Positions 1-11,700 of a stretch of DNA of 64,000 nucleotides are shown here, piece by piece. The stretch comes from Candidatus Peregrinibacteria bacterium GW2011_GWF2_39_17 (lineage in GTDB: Bacteria > Patescibacteriota > Gracilibacteria > UBA1369 > UBA12473). Position numbers and translations under genes: made by a program. The stretch spans positions 23,970 to 87,969 of the forward strand of contig LBWM01000001.1 in assembly GCA_000993615.1 (NCBI GenBank), written 5' to 3'. Under the pieces are notes generated by a model. It was not told where the DNA came from. It saw only the letters and a program-made list of their open reading frames with translations, and ran no database searches. How positions within the stretch are numbered: position 1 is the stretch's first letter; each line of letters begins with the position of its first letter.

Positions 1-312
1 AGTGGAAGCACCCATCAAGTAATTACAGCCTTTACTATTTTGTTCCCTTCTCAAAAGAAGCAAATCACCAAATCCGTAGTCACAAAAATTGTTTTTAGAA
101 AATTTTCTGATCAAGAAATAAATTATTATATTAAAACAAAAAAACCTTTTGATAAGGCAGGGGCCTATGCTATTCAAGAGCAAGGCGATCAGTTTGTGGT
201 AAAAATTATTGGCGATTACGATAATGTTGTAGGTTTACCAGTTAAGGAAATCGAACCCATTTTAAGGAAAATTGATGCTTCTTCGTCGGCAAATCCGCAT
301 CTCAGTTCTTAA
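1..312 (+). CDS. maf: Maf family nucleoside-triphosphate pyrophosphatase, 5'-truncated by the window edge
   Basis: Frame 1 is open from base 1 (SGSTHQVITAF...). C-terminal Maf motifs PFDKAGAYAIQ and NVVGLP. Confidence 0.9.
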   Translation, partial: SGSTHQVITAFTILFPSQKKQITKSVVTKIVFRKFSDQEINYYIKTKKPFDKAGAYAIQEQGDQFVVKIIGDYDNVVGLPVKEIEPILRKIDASSSANPHLSS

Positions 313-2674
313 TTTTTTTTAAAGGAGCTACACTGGACGCTAACTTTTTAACGCCAATTTGGGGATTACTAAAAGCAATTGTTAGTATCCCACCAGTAAC
401 TTTAACCACCACTCCTTCTCCAAAAGTTCGGTGTCTCACCCGATCCCCTTGTGAAAAATTTGGTATTTGACCGGTCAAAAAACCTTCTGTCTGGTCAACC
501 AAAGCTACTGGATCAGGAATTTCATCAGGATAAAATTCAATTTCATTTTCCACCGGGATTCGTTTTAAGCCACTTTGTTGATTTATTTTGCCAAAATAAT
601 TGGCCAAGATTCCTTCTTTGGCTTCTGTCTCCATTATAATTCCATCTTCTGCTAAAGGATTTTTAGGGTCATTCGATTCACATAGTTCTGCCGGCAGGTC
701 ACGTAAAAACTGAGAAGGGCTATTGCATTTTATGTCTCCGTAAAGTAGTCGCCGTTCCGCGTAAAGGAGATATAAACGTTCCATTGCCCGAGTCATCCCG
801 ACATACATTAATCTTCTTTCTTCCTCTAGTTCATTGGGCTCAAATAGGCTCCTGGAATGAGGGAAAATTCCCTCTTCTAGTCCGGCAATAAAAACATTTG
901 GAAATTCTAAGCCCTTAGCCATGTGCATGGTCATAAGAACCACCGCATTATCGCGATCGTCAAATTGGTCTAGATCCGAGATCAAAGCCACTTCTTCTAA
1001 AAAAGTAGCCAAAGAAAGTCCTGGCTCAAGTTTGTCGTATTTGCTGGCTACGGAAATTAATTCTTGTACGTTTTCATAGCGAGTTTCTCCTTCTGTGGAA
1101 CCATCCAATAAAAATTCTTTGTATTTACTTTCTTCCAATAGATTTTTGATTACGCCCGAAGCCGGATATTGATGATTAATTTTTTGCATTACCGAAATTA
1201 ATTTAACAAATTGTCCCAAGGTTACAGTTTTCCCTTCGTTTAGTTCGATTTTATTTCCGGCCATGGTTTGCAGATTTTGAATTATTGATAATAAGGGCAC
1301 ATCTCCCTGATGGCGACTCATGGTTTGCAAGGCTTCCAGGGTTTTAGAGCCGATTTTGCGAGGCGGAATATTAATAATTCGAAGTAAGCTAACGCTATCC
1401 GCTGGATTAACAATAAGTTTTAAATAAGCCAAAATATCTTTAATTTCTTTGCGTTCGTAAAATTTAACCCCACCCACCACCCTGTACGGGATGCCATAGC
1501 GGAGCATGGTTTCTTCGATGACACGCGATTGAGCATTTGTCCGATACAAAATAGCAAAATCACGATAACTAGGAGCTTCGTATTGCAAAAGTATTTTTTG
1601 AATTTCCGCGGCAATCATCCCGCCTTCGGCTCGTTCGTCTAACGCCTGCCAAATTTGAATTTTTGGACCTTTTTCTTTATTAGTCCATAATTTTTTGTCA
1701 GTCCTCTTCTTGTTTTTGGCAATTACGGAATGACTGGCATCAAGAATTATTGAAGTTGAACGGTAATTTTGTTCCAATTTAACGGTTTTTGCTTCTGGGT
1801 AGTCTTTTTCAAAATCCAAAATATTTTGCATGGTAGCGCCTCGCCAACTGTAAATCGATTGCCAATCATCCCCGACCACGCACAAATTTCGATATTTATG
1901 CGCCAATTTATTAATCAGAATGAATTGGGCATGGTTTGTGTCTTGATATTCATCCACGGAAATATACTGGAATCGCTCTTGGAGATCAGCCAAAACTTGC
2001 GGCTCTTTTTCGAAAAGTTCCACGGTTTTCATGATGATGTCATCAAAATCCAGAGCTTGATTCTGGGATAATTTTTTTTGATAAATAGGATAAAGATCCG
2101 CCACGGTTTGGGTAAAAGTGCTATAAGCTTGTTTGGCGTATTCCGTAGGTGTCAATAAGGCATTTTTAGCTCCAGAAATATGGGACAAAATCGCTTTTGG
2201 GTTCAGACGATCCGTGCTTAATCCTTGTTCTCGCATAATGGTTTTCATTAGAATTTGGGAGTCCGTATCATCGTAAATCGCAAATTGGTTTTCAAACCCG
2301 AGCAGGTGAAGGTATTTTCTTAAAATTTGCACGCAAAAAGAATGAAATGTGCCAATTACTGGTAAATCAGGGTGGTTAAAAGTTGGCCCCTTAATTGAGT
2401 TCAAAAGGAAATCGGCTTTTTGTTGGCCATAAAGAAGATTTAAAACTCGTTTTTTCATTTCTCCGGCTGCTTTATTGGTAAAAGTTACCGCTAAAACTGA
2501 AAAAGGCGAGACTTTTTTCTCGGCAATCAGATAAGCGATACGATGAGTCAAAGTGCGTGTTTTTCCGCTCCCTGCGCCCGCTAAAATTAAAACCGGCCCC
2601 TCTGTAGTCAGCACTGCTTCTTGCTGCGAAGGGTTCAGAGAGTTAAGAAGTGGATGGTCTGATTTTAAGGTCAT
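302..2674 (-). CDS. pcrA: UvrD/PcrA SF1 DNA helicase
   Basis: AGAGSGKT, VTFTNKAA, VDEYQDTN, VVGDDWQSIYSWRGA, LEQNYRS, KGLEF, EERRLMYVGMTRA and a C-terminal Tudor-like VRHRTFGEG. Likely start is ATG 2674 (MTLKSDHPLL), not 2752. Confidence 0.95.
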   Translation of the reverse strand: MTLKSDHPLLNSLNPSQQEAVLTTEGPVLILAGAGSGKTRTLTHRIAYLIAEKKVSPFSVLAVTFTNKAAGEMKKRVLNLLYGQQKADFLLNSIKGPTFNHPDLPVIGTFHSFCVQILRKYLHLLGFENQFAIYDDTDSQILMKTIMREQGLSTDRLNPKAILSHISGAKNALLTPTEYAKQAYSTFTQTVADLYPIYQKKLSQNQALDFDDIIMKTVELFEKEPQVLADLQERFQYISVDEYQDTNHAQFILINKLAHKYRNLCVVGDDWQSIYSWRGATMQNILDFEKDYPEAKTVKLEQNYRSTSIILDASHSVIAKNKKRTDKKLWTNKEKGPKIQIWQALDERAEGGMIAAEIQKILLQYEAPSYRDFAILYRTNAQSRVIEETMLRYGIPYRVVGGVKFYERKEIKDILAYLKLIVNPADSVSLLRIINIPPRKIGSKTLEALQTMSRHQGDVPLLSIIQNLQTMAGNKIELNEGKTVTLGQFVKLISVMQKINHQYPASGVIKNLLEESKYKEFLLDGSTEGETRYENVQELISVASKYDKLEPGLSLATFLEEVALISDLDQFDDRDNAVVLMTMHMAKGLEFPNVFIAGLEEGIFPHSRSLFEPNELEEERRLMYVGMTRAMERLYLLYAERRLLYGDIKCNSPSQFLRDLPAELCESNDPKNPLAEDGIIMETEAKEGILANYFGKINQQSGLKRIPVENEIEFYPDEIPDPVALVDQTEGFLTGQIPNFSQGDRVRHRTFGEGVVVKVTGGILTIAFSNPQIGVKKLASSVAPLKKIKN

Positions 2675-2836
2675 AAAATCTAAAATTATGGCACCGTGAA
2701 CCTGGCCCCAGACTAACAATGTAGCATAGAAAAGCAAAGGCCAATAACTCAAAATAGCGGGTTTGGGTAAAAATTGATTTGATTTTTTATCAAGATTTAG
2801 TATGGTAAGCCCTTAGCCAATTTTAAAAGTTAAAAG

Positions 2837-4066
2837 ATGAGTGAATTTTATAGTAGGATTGCCCCGGAGAGCGCAGATGCTACGCAATATCCTGCTAAAC
2901 TATACGTTGCTGACAGGGAAATATGGGAAATTATACGAAAAACCAGTGAATTATTGGTCGATGGGAGTTGTGGTCAGGGCGGAATATATCCTCTATTAAG
3001 AGAAATCAACGGATGGAATGGTCTGACGACCCCTGATGGGAATTTTACTAATGTCGGAATTTTAGACGGTAATGGGAAACTAGTGGAAAAGCCACCTGCC
3101 AATTTGTTACTAGAACGTCTATGTCGAGCTAAGGAAAAATTTAGAAGAGAGCTGCTTAAAATGCAGTTAGATGAAGCAACATTAATTTCTATCTGGGGGC
3201 CGATTCAAAGAGCTTCGGAGCATATTCAAGAGGTGCTTGAAGAAAGAAGACATAGGAGAAAAATGGCCAAAAAACAAGGGAAATTAGGTGATAGATGTGA
3301 AAAAGAGACGCAAAACCCCAATCAGAGATACCAAATTTTACAAAATGAGGCGGTTCCCCCTGGCACAGGAGAAATTAATAAGTTAGGAGTTATAATTGAG
3401 GTGAATTTAGAAGCTAGATACGAAGAAGGTGATTTTAGTGCCGCAGTTAGTATACCAGAGGGTGCGGAATATAACTTTGTTTTTCCTTGGAGAGAAGATC
3501 CTGAAAGTATGAGGTCTTTGGCGGTACTTAATGAAAATGCTTTAAGGGCAGGGCTTTTGCTAGCTTTAGGGGGAAATTTCGGGAGGGCATGGGCTACTTC
3601 TCCAGAGAGTAAATGCGTCGCTCGTTTAAGCAGAATTAGGGTCAATCAACATGGTCAAGTTGGAGATTTTGGGGTTGAGATTTTGGCAATTGCTCCCAAG
3701 GTAGCGACTCAAGATAGCCAGGCACTTTTTTTATCAACAGATAGAAAAGATGACGCCTCGTTAGAAGATCCTGACAGCGACTTTTTTGATATCGGTTCTT
3801 TTAAGGAATTAAAAAGAGGAGACGTCTTACCTGGCAACACCATAAATCCTCCTTTTAGGAGTGAAGCCTTTGGAAATCCTTCTTATTGGCCGCCCCGAAA
3901 TGGAGTAGGTTATTATGTTACGGGGTCATCTGGAGAGGGGTATCTAGTACCTCGTGGGGTCGAGCTTAGATTAAAAAAATGGGTTAATTTACATCAAGGT
4001 CAAAGGTATTATGTTGAAAAGCTAATTTTTGAACACGGCTATTTAAAAGCAATCAAGATTCGGTAA
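2837..4066 (+). CDS. hypothetical protein (orphan, 409 aa)
   Basis: Long ORF with an ATG start and a promoter-like TTGATT..TATGGT upstream. No recognised motif. Confidence 0.75.
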   Translation: MSEFYSRIAPESADATQYPAKLYVADREIWEIIRKTSELLVDGSCGQGGIYPLLREINGWNGLTTPDGNFTNVGILDGNGKLVEKPPANLLLERLCRAKEKFRRELLKMQLDEATLISIWGPIQRASEHIQEVLEERRHRRKMAKKQGKLGDRCEKETQNPNQRYQILQNEAVPPGTGEINKLGVIIEVNLEARYEEGDFSAAVSIPEGAEYNFVFPWREDPESMRSLAVLNENALRAGLLLALGGNFGRAWATSPESKCVARLSRIRVNQHGQVGDFGVEILAIAPKVATQDSQALFLSTDRKDDASLEDPDSDFFDIGSFKELKRGDVLPGNTINPPFRSEAFGNPSYWPPRNGVGYYVTGSSGEGYLVPRGVELRLKKWVNLHQGQRYYVEKLIFEHGYLKAIKIR

Positions 4067-4125
4067 ATCCCTCGAACTGCAAGTAGTAAAAGTTATGACC
4101 ATCTTTAACTTTTTGATAATTAGTC

Positions 4126-5298
4126 TTATCTAACTACATTAATCGATGTTCCTATTTCCCCAAATTCGTAAACTAAAGCCGCATCTTCAGGAAGCATCCG
4201 TATGCAGCCATGACTTACCGGAGTGCCAATATGGCTTAAAGCTTCGCTCCAAAAAACGCCACCAGTATTATTTCCCGTGTAAGGTAAGGCATGCAGACCA
4301 TGTCCCCATTTGGTAAATCCTTGCCATTTTGGCATACGATAGTGGGGAGACGCTCCTCCTACCCTTAATTCTTGCTTGTTTAAAATTTCAAATGAGCCCA
4401 CCGGGGTCGGAGTTTTGGCTGCTCCGCTGCTTACAGGGAGAGCATAAACCACCTCATCGCCAAATTGTAAGTTCATGGTTTGAGTGGACAGAGAAACATT
4501 AATTGATTTATCGCCTGTTAAACTGCGAGTATCCAAGCTTTTATTTTTAATAAAGCGGAGTTTATACTCGTCATCCGCTGTAATATTACCGATGCGAATA
4601 GGAATGGCGATTTCAAAATCAGGAATCCAGGCTTGATGTTCAGCTACTAAACCAAAATATTCCATGTAAATATTATCTTGGGTCGGAGCTATGGTTGAAA
4701 AGGCAAAAGTAGCGGTCCACTGCGGTGCCACGGCATCTTCAACCATTTCTACTCGATTATTCCCCAGCCACCCAGAATTTTTTTTATTTTGATAAAAAAC
4801 ACTAGCTCGATCTCTTGTTTTTTCTGTCCCTAAATTTACAACAGTTCGATTCTCGCACCCGCTTGATGACGAATACCAAATCCGATTGCTGGTATTCTTG
4901 ACATAAACTTCGACGCGAAATTCTTCTCCTGGAAGAATATGTTCCGGTATTTTAACTTCTGAAATTTCTGCTTCGTAAATTGGTTCATCCGTCGAATCTT
5001 CCCAAAAACAAATCTGCTTTAATCCGGATTTTAACGGTTCTTGTAAAGGGTTAATATCTTTTGCTTGCAGGTAAGAAACAGGATAATTAAAACGCACAAT
5101 CCCTTGTTTGGCTGTTATGAAATAATTAAAAAATGAAGCTTGAAAATTTTGGCTTATTTTAATGCCAGTTTGGGCTGGATTTATTTTAGCTTGTAATTGT
5201 CTTTCACCAACCGCAATTCCAATAGTTAGGGCAAAAATCGAAATAACAAGCCAGAGTTTGCGAGGATGAAAGATTCGAATATGTTTACGGTGAGACAT
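4126..5298 (-). CDS. L,D-transpeptidase (YkuD family) with N-terminal TM and central Ig-like domain
   Basis: VSSGAAKTPTPVG, HGLHALPY, catalytic SHGCIR motif and an N-terminal hydrophobic segment. Confidence 0.9.
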   Translation of the reverse strand: MSHRKHIRIFHPRKLWLVISIFALTIGIAVGERQLQAKINPAQTGIKISQNFQASFFNYFITAKQGIVRFNYPVSYLQAKDINPLQEPLKSGLKQICFWEDSTDEPIYEAEISEVKIPEHILPGEEFRVEVYVKNTSNRIWYSSSSGCENRTVVNLGTEKTRDRASVFYQNKKNSGWLGNNRVEMVEDAVAPQWTATFAFSTIAPTQDNIYMEYFGLVAEHQAWIPDFEIAIPIRIGNITADDEYKLRFIKNKSLDTRSLTGDKSINVSLSTQTMNLQFGDEVVYALPVSSGAAKTPTPVGSFEILNKQELRVGGASPHYRMPKWQGFTKWGHGLHALPYTGNNTGGVFWSEALSHIGTPVSHGCIRMLPEDAALVYEFGEIGTSINVVR

Positions 5299-5486
5299 TT
5301 TTGATTATTTTTATTTTTTATTTGCCATGGGCAACTGCAAAGCGCCTTGCCTAGGCCGAATACTAAATTTTAACATAAAAAAAACTCATAATCAAGGACT
5401 AGAATCAAAAAATCATCATCCTTTTTTGAAAAAATTCAAACTTTTCCGTTTGGTGACTTTGGATAACACCTCAAAACCTTTAACGC

Positions 5487-5513
5487 AAAAAAGCCGCCAA
5501 ATATTATGGCGGC
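5487..5513 (-). terminator. intrinsic terminator of hup
   Basis: GCCGCCA/TGGCGGC stem followed by T6 on the minus strand, just downstream of the HU stop. Confidence 0.75.
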
Positions 5514-5544
5514 CCTTTTATAATTCGAAAACAATAACTAAAAA

Positions 5545-5820
5545 TTAACGAACAGCATCTTTAAGGCTCTTGCCGGCTTTGAAAGCAGGAACTTTCATGG
5601 CAGGGATCTTGATTTTCTCGCTTGGATTTCTTGGGTTTACACCAGTGCGAGCTGCTCTTTTGCTAACACGGAATGTTCCGAATCCGGTGATGGTCACGTT
5701 TTGGCCCTTTTTAAGGTTAGTCGTGATTGCAGCCAAGATGGCATCGAGAGCCAAGGCAGCTGCCTTTTTGGTAATACCAGCTGTGTTTGCAGCGGCATTG
5801 ACGAGATCTTGTTTCGTCAT
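5545..5820 (-). CDS. hup: DNA-binding protein HU
   Basis: MTKQDLV, ITGFGTF, RTGVNPR, VPAFKAGKSLKDAV. Confidence 0.97.
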   Translation of the reverse strand: MTKQDLVNAAANTAGITKKAAALALDAILAAITTNLKKGQNVTITGFGTFRVSKRAARTGVNPRNPSEKIKIPAMKVPAFKAGKSLKDAVR

Positions 5821-6050
5821 TGGATGTGGGGTTAAAAATTAACTGGTACTGATTATTAGCCAACACAAGCCCTTTTACAAGCTTTTTGGTCTTGCCAGTC
5901 ATTAAAATAATGTTGATTTACGGCTTATTTATAGGATTTGTAAGCCTTAAAATTTTAAATTGACTACCTTAGGTTAAGGAAAATCCTTGCTAAAAACAAT
6001 TAATTATTATAGTAATAACAATCGCTGCTTCTTTTTTTAAAAAATCCTCA

Positions 6051-8297
6051 ATGGCCAAAAATCTTGTCATTGTCGAGTCTCCGGCGAAATCAAAAACAAT
6101 TTCTAAGTTTTTAGGGAAAGACTATGAAGTTAAGGCCTCGATGGGGCATGTGCGCGATTTGCCAAAATCGCAAATGGGAATTGATGTTGAGCATGGCTTT
6201 GAGCCAAGTTATTTAATCCCCCCGGATAAGAGTAAAGTGATTAAAGATTTAAAACTAAAAATCAAGAGTGATACTGTTATCTGGCTGGCTACTGATCGTG
6301 ATCGTGAAGGGGAAGCTATTGGCTGGCACTTAGTTGAGGCCCTCAAGCTGAAAAATCATAAAATTCACCGTATTGTTTTCGATGAAATTACCAAGTCAGC
6401 CATTTTAAAAGCAGTGACTCATCCCGGAAAATTGAATCAAAACCTGATTAATGCGCAGCAAAGCAGGAGGATTTTAGATCGGTTGGTAGGTTATGAGCTC
6501 TCGCCTTTATTGTGGAAAAAGATTCGTTATGGATTGTCAGCCGGTAGAGTGCAAAGTGTAGCGGTGCGTTTAATCGTTGACCGAGAACGAGAAAGGCAGG
6601 CTTTTAAGGTTGAAGAATATTGGTCTATTATCGGAGAATTTTCTGCTGATAATGATGCCAAGAATTTTTTCGAAGCTAAATTGCAAAAAAAGGATGGTAA
6701 AGAATTAGTAATTTCAAATCAAAAAGAAGCTACGCATCATCTTGAGGAACTAAAAAAATTACACTACAAAATTGCTAAAATTGAGCGCAAGGAAATTCAA
6801 AAAAACCCAGCTCCTCCTTTTACTACTTCGACCTTACAACAAGAAGCCGCGCGCAAATTGCACTTTTCAGTAAAAAAAACCATGACCTTAGCGCAACAAC
6901 TTTACGAAGGGCTCGAAGTGGGAGAAGGGCATCATGGGCTAATTACCTATATGCGTACCGATTCCGTGCATCTTTCTATTCAAGCCACCTCGGAGATGAA
7001 ATCTTTTATTAAAGAAGTTTACGGAGAAAAATACGCGCTTGAAAAACCACGAGTTTATAAAAGCAAAAAAGGAGCGCAAGAAGCTCATGAAGCGATTCGG
7101 CCAACTGATGTTAAGCGCCATCCCGATGAGATGAAAAAGTATTTAGATCCAGATCAACATCGTCTTTATGAATTAATTTGGAAAAGAGCAATAGCTTCTC
7201 AAATGGAAGCAGCGAGATTTGATCGAGTGGGAGTTGATATTGAAAGTGATCAAAAACATTATTTATTTCGAGCTACTGGCCAACAGTTAAAATTTCCTGG
7301 ATTTATTGCCTTATATGTTGAAGGTAAAGATGATCCAGAAGAAGAAAAGGAAAATGACGAAAAGCTTTTGCCTTTTCTTACTCAAGGTAGTGCGGCTAAG
7401 GCTAGAAATTTTCAGCCTAATCAACATTTTACACAGCCCCCCCCCCGTTATACTGAAGCCAGTTTAGTAAAGAAAATGGAAGCAGAGGAAATTGGTCGAC
7501 CAAGTACTTACGCTCCCACGATTTCTACAATTATGACCAGGGGATATGTTAATAAAATTGAAAATTATTTAGCGCCCACTGATACTGGTGAGGTCGTAAC
7601 CGATTTTTTAGTTCAGCATTTTCCTAAAATTGTTGACGTTGGATTTACCGCAAAAATGGAAGAAGACTTGGATCATATTGCCGAAGGAAAAGAAGATTGG
7701 CTAAAATTTTTGAAATTATTTTATCAGCCCTTCCATGAAAACGTGGAGGAGAAGAATGAAACCCTAAAAAAGAAAGATGTTATTACGGAAAAAACCGATG
7801 AAAAATGTGAACAATGTGGTAAACCCATGGTTGTAAAACTAGGAAGATTTGGAAAATTTCTTTCGTGCAGTGATTACCCTCATTGCAAAAATGCCAAACC
7901 ACTTGTAGAAAAAGAGGTAGATAAGGCAGCAGCCGAGGAATTTGCCAAACTGCAAAAAAAATTAAGTGGGAAAATTTGTTCCAAGTGTGGACAACCAATG
8001 GAATTAAAGAAAGGGCGGTATGGGGAATTTTTAGGGTGTAGCGGGTATCCAAAATGTCATAATATGCAGCCGATTGTTAAATTTGCAGAAGTAAAATGTC
8101 CGGATTGCAAAGATGGACAATTAGTTGAGAGGAGAACCAAAAAAGGAGCTCGAGTGTTTTATGGTTGTAATAAATTTCCTAAATGTAAATTTGCTTTGTG
8201 GGATAAGCCAGTTAATAAAAAATGTAAAGATTGTAAAGGGTTAATGGTTGAAAAGGGGGATAAAATTATTTGTTCTTTGTGTAAGAAGGGAGAATAA
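6051..8297 (+). CDS. topA: DNA topoisomerase I
   Basis: LVIVESPAK, ATDRDREGEAI, SAGRVQS, ITYMRTD, GRPSTY and C-terminal C4 zinc ribbons. Confidence 0.98.
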   Translation: MAKNLVIVESPAKSKTISKFLGKDYEVKASMGHVRDLPKSQMGIDVEHGFEPSYLIPPDKSKVIKDLKLKIKSDTVIWLATDRDREGEAIGWHLVEALKLKNHKIHRIVFDEITKSAILKAVTHPGKLNQNLINAQQSRRILDRLVGYELSPLLWKKIRYGLSAGRVQSVAVRLIVDRERERQAFKVEEYWSIIGEFSADNDAKNFFEAKLQKKDGKELVISNQKEATHHLEELKKLHYKIAKIERKEIQKNPAPPFTTSTLQQEAARKLHFSVKKTMTLAQQLYEGLEVGEGHHGLITYMRTDSVHLSIQATSEMKSFIKEVYGEKYALEKPRVYKSKKGAQEAHEAIRPTDVKRHPDEMKKYLDPDQHRLYELIWKRAIASQMEAARFDRVGVDIESDQKHYLFRATGQQLKFPGFIALYVEGKDDPEEEKENDEKLLPFLTQGSAAKARNFQPNQHFTQPPPRYTEASLVKKMEAEEIGRPSTYAPTISTIMTRGYVNKIENYLAPTDTGEVVTDFLVQHFPKIVDVGFTAKMEEDLDHIAEGKEDWLKFLKLFYQPFHENVEEKNETLKKKDVITEKTDEKCEQCGKPMVVKLGRFGKFLSCSDYPHCKNAKPLVEKEVDKAAAEEFAKLQKKLSGKICSKCGQPMELKKGRYGEFLGCSGYPKCHNMQPIVKFAEVKCPDCKDGQLVERRTKKGARVFYGCNKFPKCKFALWDKPVNKKCKDCKGLMVEKGDKIICSLCKKGE

Positions 8298-8425
8298 TTT
8301 TTAAGGAATTAATAAATTAAAGGTTGAGTCGCCATTGGTGTTGGGGCGCAGGTATTGCTACGGCGCTTATTTAGTGGTATTATTTAATGATTTGTTTAAT
8401 TTTATTTTTTTAAAAACACTTTTTT

Positions 8426-8641
8426 ATGGCAGAAAAATCATCCTGCTGCTCTCAATCAATTATGGTGCATCCCTTTGTGCTTTTTTGGTTAGGGGTATTA
8501 ACCGGAGCAATTATTATTGGTCTGATTTTTACTTATAAAACTTATGAAAATGATAATATCCAAAACATGATCTTAAAAGAAAATCCAAAGATACAACAAG
8601 ACGGGTCTTCTCATTTTGTAAATTGGGGAGCTTCTGATTAG
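8426..8641 (+). CDS. small single-TM hypothetical protein
   Basis: ATG after a T-rich leader, one hydrophobic helix (FVLFWLGVLTGAIIIGLIFTY), followed by a terminator hairpin. Confidence 0.7.
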   Translation: MAEKSSCCSQSIMVHPFVLFWLGVLTGAIIIGLIFTYKTYENDNIQNMILKENPKIQQDGSSHFVNWGASD

Positions 8642-8661
8642 AAATTTCGGAAAGCTTTTTT

Positions 8662-8700
8662 AAAGAAAAACCGTCGGCGTGAGCAGGCGGTTTTTCTTTT
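8662..8700. terminator. bidirectional terminator hairpin resembling the IS200 end hairpins
   Basis: AAAGAAAAA-CCGTCGGC-GTGA-GCAGGCGG-TTTTTCTTT between convergent genes. Confidence 0.75.
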
Positions 8701-8701
8701 C

Positions 8702-11700
8702 TTAGAAATCCCCTGAAAATTGTGCCAAAGTTAGTTGATATTCTTGATCTAAAACTGCTATTTCAATTCCTTTGCTATTGAAGAGGTTATTATTACGTTT
8801 GGCTATATTTCCAATAATCTCTTTTAAGGCTAAAGTTTCACTTAGTAAAGCAGTTATTGATTTTGGAGGATCCATGGCTTTAATGTTTTTTCGAGCGATA
8901 CGTAATTGCACGATTAAATTATCAATGTATTCAAGATGAGCATTATCAATCGTCTCAACTGGTAAAATGCTCGCCAAATGAAGTAGTTCGCTGTAATTTT
9001 GAGTTGCTTCTAAGGTGTGTTCAAAAGCTTCCCTAAGCCCCCTGGCAGTTTCAGGGTTTGAAAAATCAGATGTAATATGGCGTTGTTTATGCTCTCCGGC
9101 GAGCATCGAAATTTGAATTTTTTTCAAAATAAAATTAGCCAAAAGTTTCATATTGCCGTGAACATTTGCCTCATTAAGGCCAGAATCTGCCTCTGTAAGT
9201 GCTTTTTCGTAATTTCCAGTTAAGCCCAAGGAATGAACTAATTTTAGGCGTAAATTTAAAATTTCGGACATAGTAAGATGACTTTCTTCGATATTTTCTG
9301 CTTGTGCAAGATAGAGTTCCAGTTGAGTTTGGTATCTTTTTATCTCAGTAAGGTGAGCGGCCAAATCTAAATCCATACTGTAATAATTGGGATCGCCGGG
9401 GTGGGATTCCATCCTTTGTACGACTTCAACCTGTTCCCTAAACATAGGCAGATCCATTGTCCGAACACTATCTGCTAAAAATTCTAAACGGCGAGCTTTA
9501 GCTATGGCGCGTTTATCATCTAAATCTAAATGTAGCATGCCTTGTAATCTAGCGATGGCTTTAGTAGACCTATTTTCCATGTTGGAGATACGCTGTTGCA
9601 GGTTTTTTCCTGTAAATGATATTCGATAATCCGCGGCGGCTTGATAATATTGATAAAGTGCTCTGGCCTTTTTTTGAGCAGGATTTCCCGAGTCACTAGT
9701 AAAAGTAGGAAATTTATTTGTTGCCCCTTCTAAATTTGACAGGTTATTTGCTTTAAAAGCAGCTTCGCATTCCAGTTCCGCAAGCTCAACTAGTAATGCG
9801 GTATCATGAATCTGTAAGTTTTTTGCCGCTTGTAATCTTTTTTGAATGAGTGGGTAAGGAAGATCTAACTCTAGGCTCATGCGGATATTTTGAATATAAA
9901 TACGGCCAGCGGCTTTTAGTAATTCAGGAGGTGAATCAGGAGCGATTAACGGCACGCATAAATCAATAAAAGTTTTTGATACTTGTTCTGCATAAGCTGC
10001 TTGATTAACAGGGATTTTAATAATTGAATCTGTTAAAACTTCAGCTATTTCGCGCGGAATAGTTTTTAGATTTTTGCAAACCACCATCGCAGTTTCAATT
10101 GGGATATCCCTTTTTGTAATTGCTTCGGGGATAGCTGCTAAAATAGCTTCTGATTCCTTATCCACGATAGGTGATTTTTCTCTGACCATTTCCAAAAAAA
10201 GGCGCTGATTAAAACGAATTGAATTTGCTGTTTTGATCAAGATAGGTGGCTGATCATTGAAAAGTTCGTCAGGGATTGGCTTAGCTCCATTTTTTTGTAA
10301 AATCTCAAGGTTGGTTTTTTTGGTCAGGGAATGTGAAAATGCAGCAGGTAAGCTTTCAAAAATTCCGACAATGCGTAGCGTTTTTAATGCCCCAGGCGAT
10401 AATCGTTCCATGCGAGCTTCAATAATTTCGCGCATAGTTTTTTTAGGAGGAGCAAGGGTTAAGTCGGTATTGAATTGGTGTTGCTGGTTAATAAAATTAG
10501 CTTCTTTTAAACGGATAGCCGCTTCTCGTACTACAGAAGGAATATATCGGCCTTGTTCATCCCGAATTGTTGATAAATATGTTTCAATATAACTTGCTGT
10601 CTCTCCGGTAAATTGAAAAGTATCATCAAGTCCAAGTTCGTGAGCAACAATTTGGAAGGCCGCTTTTTGGTTAACTCCCCCTAATGGGAAAGAAGTTAAT
10701 CTGTTGCTATCTTGCGAAGGTGGTTTTTCTTGTGTGGATACCAACACTAGCAAAATTAAGTTACGAACAGGTCCTGGTTCTTGAATAAGTTCATGCAAAA
10801 TTTCATAAGAAGCGGAATCAATATGAGCGATATCCTCACAAGCTAAAATTAGGCGGTGATTTTCCGCTACTCGGTATAGAATTTTTTTAAATAGATCTTT
10901 TGCCACTTCTGGTTTATCTAGAATTCTAGTTGTGGTTTCTCCAGGGCTAAATAAGGCCATATATAAGTTTTGCCAAATTTCAAAGTCGGTTCCTGCGACC
11001 TGCAATGATTGTTTTTTCCCTGAATTAGATGCTCCATAAAGCCATTTTATAAAATCATCTTGGGTTGGGAAAATAGATTTTAAAATTTTAGCCAAGGCGC
11101 CATAAGGACGATGAAGGGCTTCAAGCCTAGGTCCATATTCTCCATTTACCGAAACAGCTAAGGTGTTTCGGTGGGTACCTAATAGGTGCATTGCTCCTCT
11201 TACAAAAGCAGTCACCCCAATGCCTGGAGCGCCCACAATATCAATTTGTCCTTTCGGGATTTTGGCATTTTCAATTCCCTTAATAGCGCTTTTTAAGCGC
11301 TCTAAATCTTGGAGACGTCCGTAAAGAGCGTCAGGTGTTGTTTGTTCTTGGAGTTCGGTGCAAGTAGTGATGGTTTGGGGGGGTAATCCAGGGAGGGTGA
11401 CTCCCTTAATTTCCTGTTCGTCGTGTAATGTATAATGGCTATTTTTTAAGGCTAAAGCAGTGTCGTGATCAAGTCGTAATTGTCCTGAGATTTGAGCTGT
11501 AGCATAGCGAGCAGCTCGATTAGCTGTGTCTGCATGAAGATCGGCTCCTTTGCCAGACATTAAGCGAAAAGCAAAAGGACCATAAGTAATACCGCTCGCT
11601 ACTTTTTGCGGCAAATATTTTATAATATTTGCCGCAAAACTAACTGCTCTTTGGCTTTGATGTAAGGTGTCATTACCCAAAGCACCAAAAAGGACCATGG

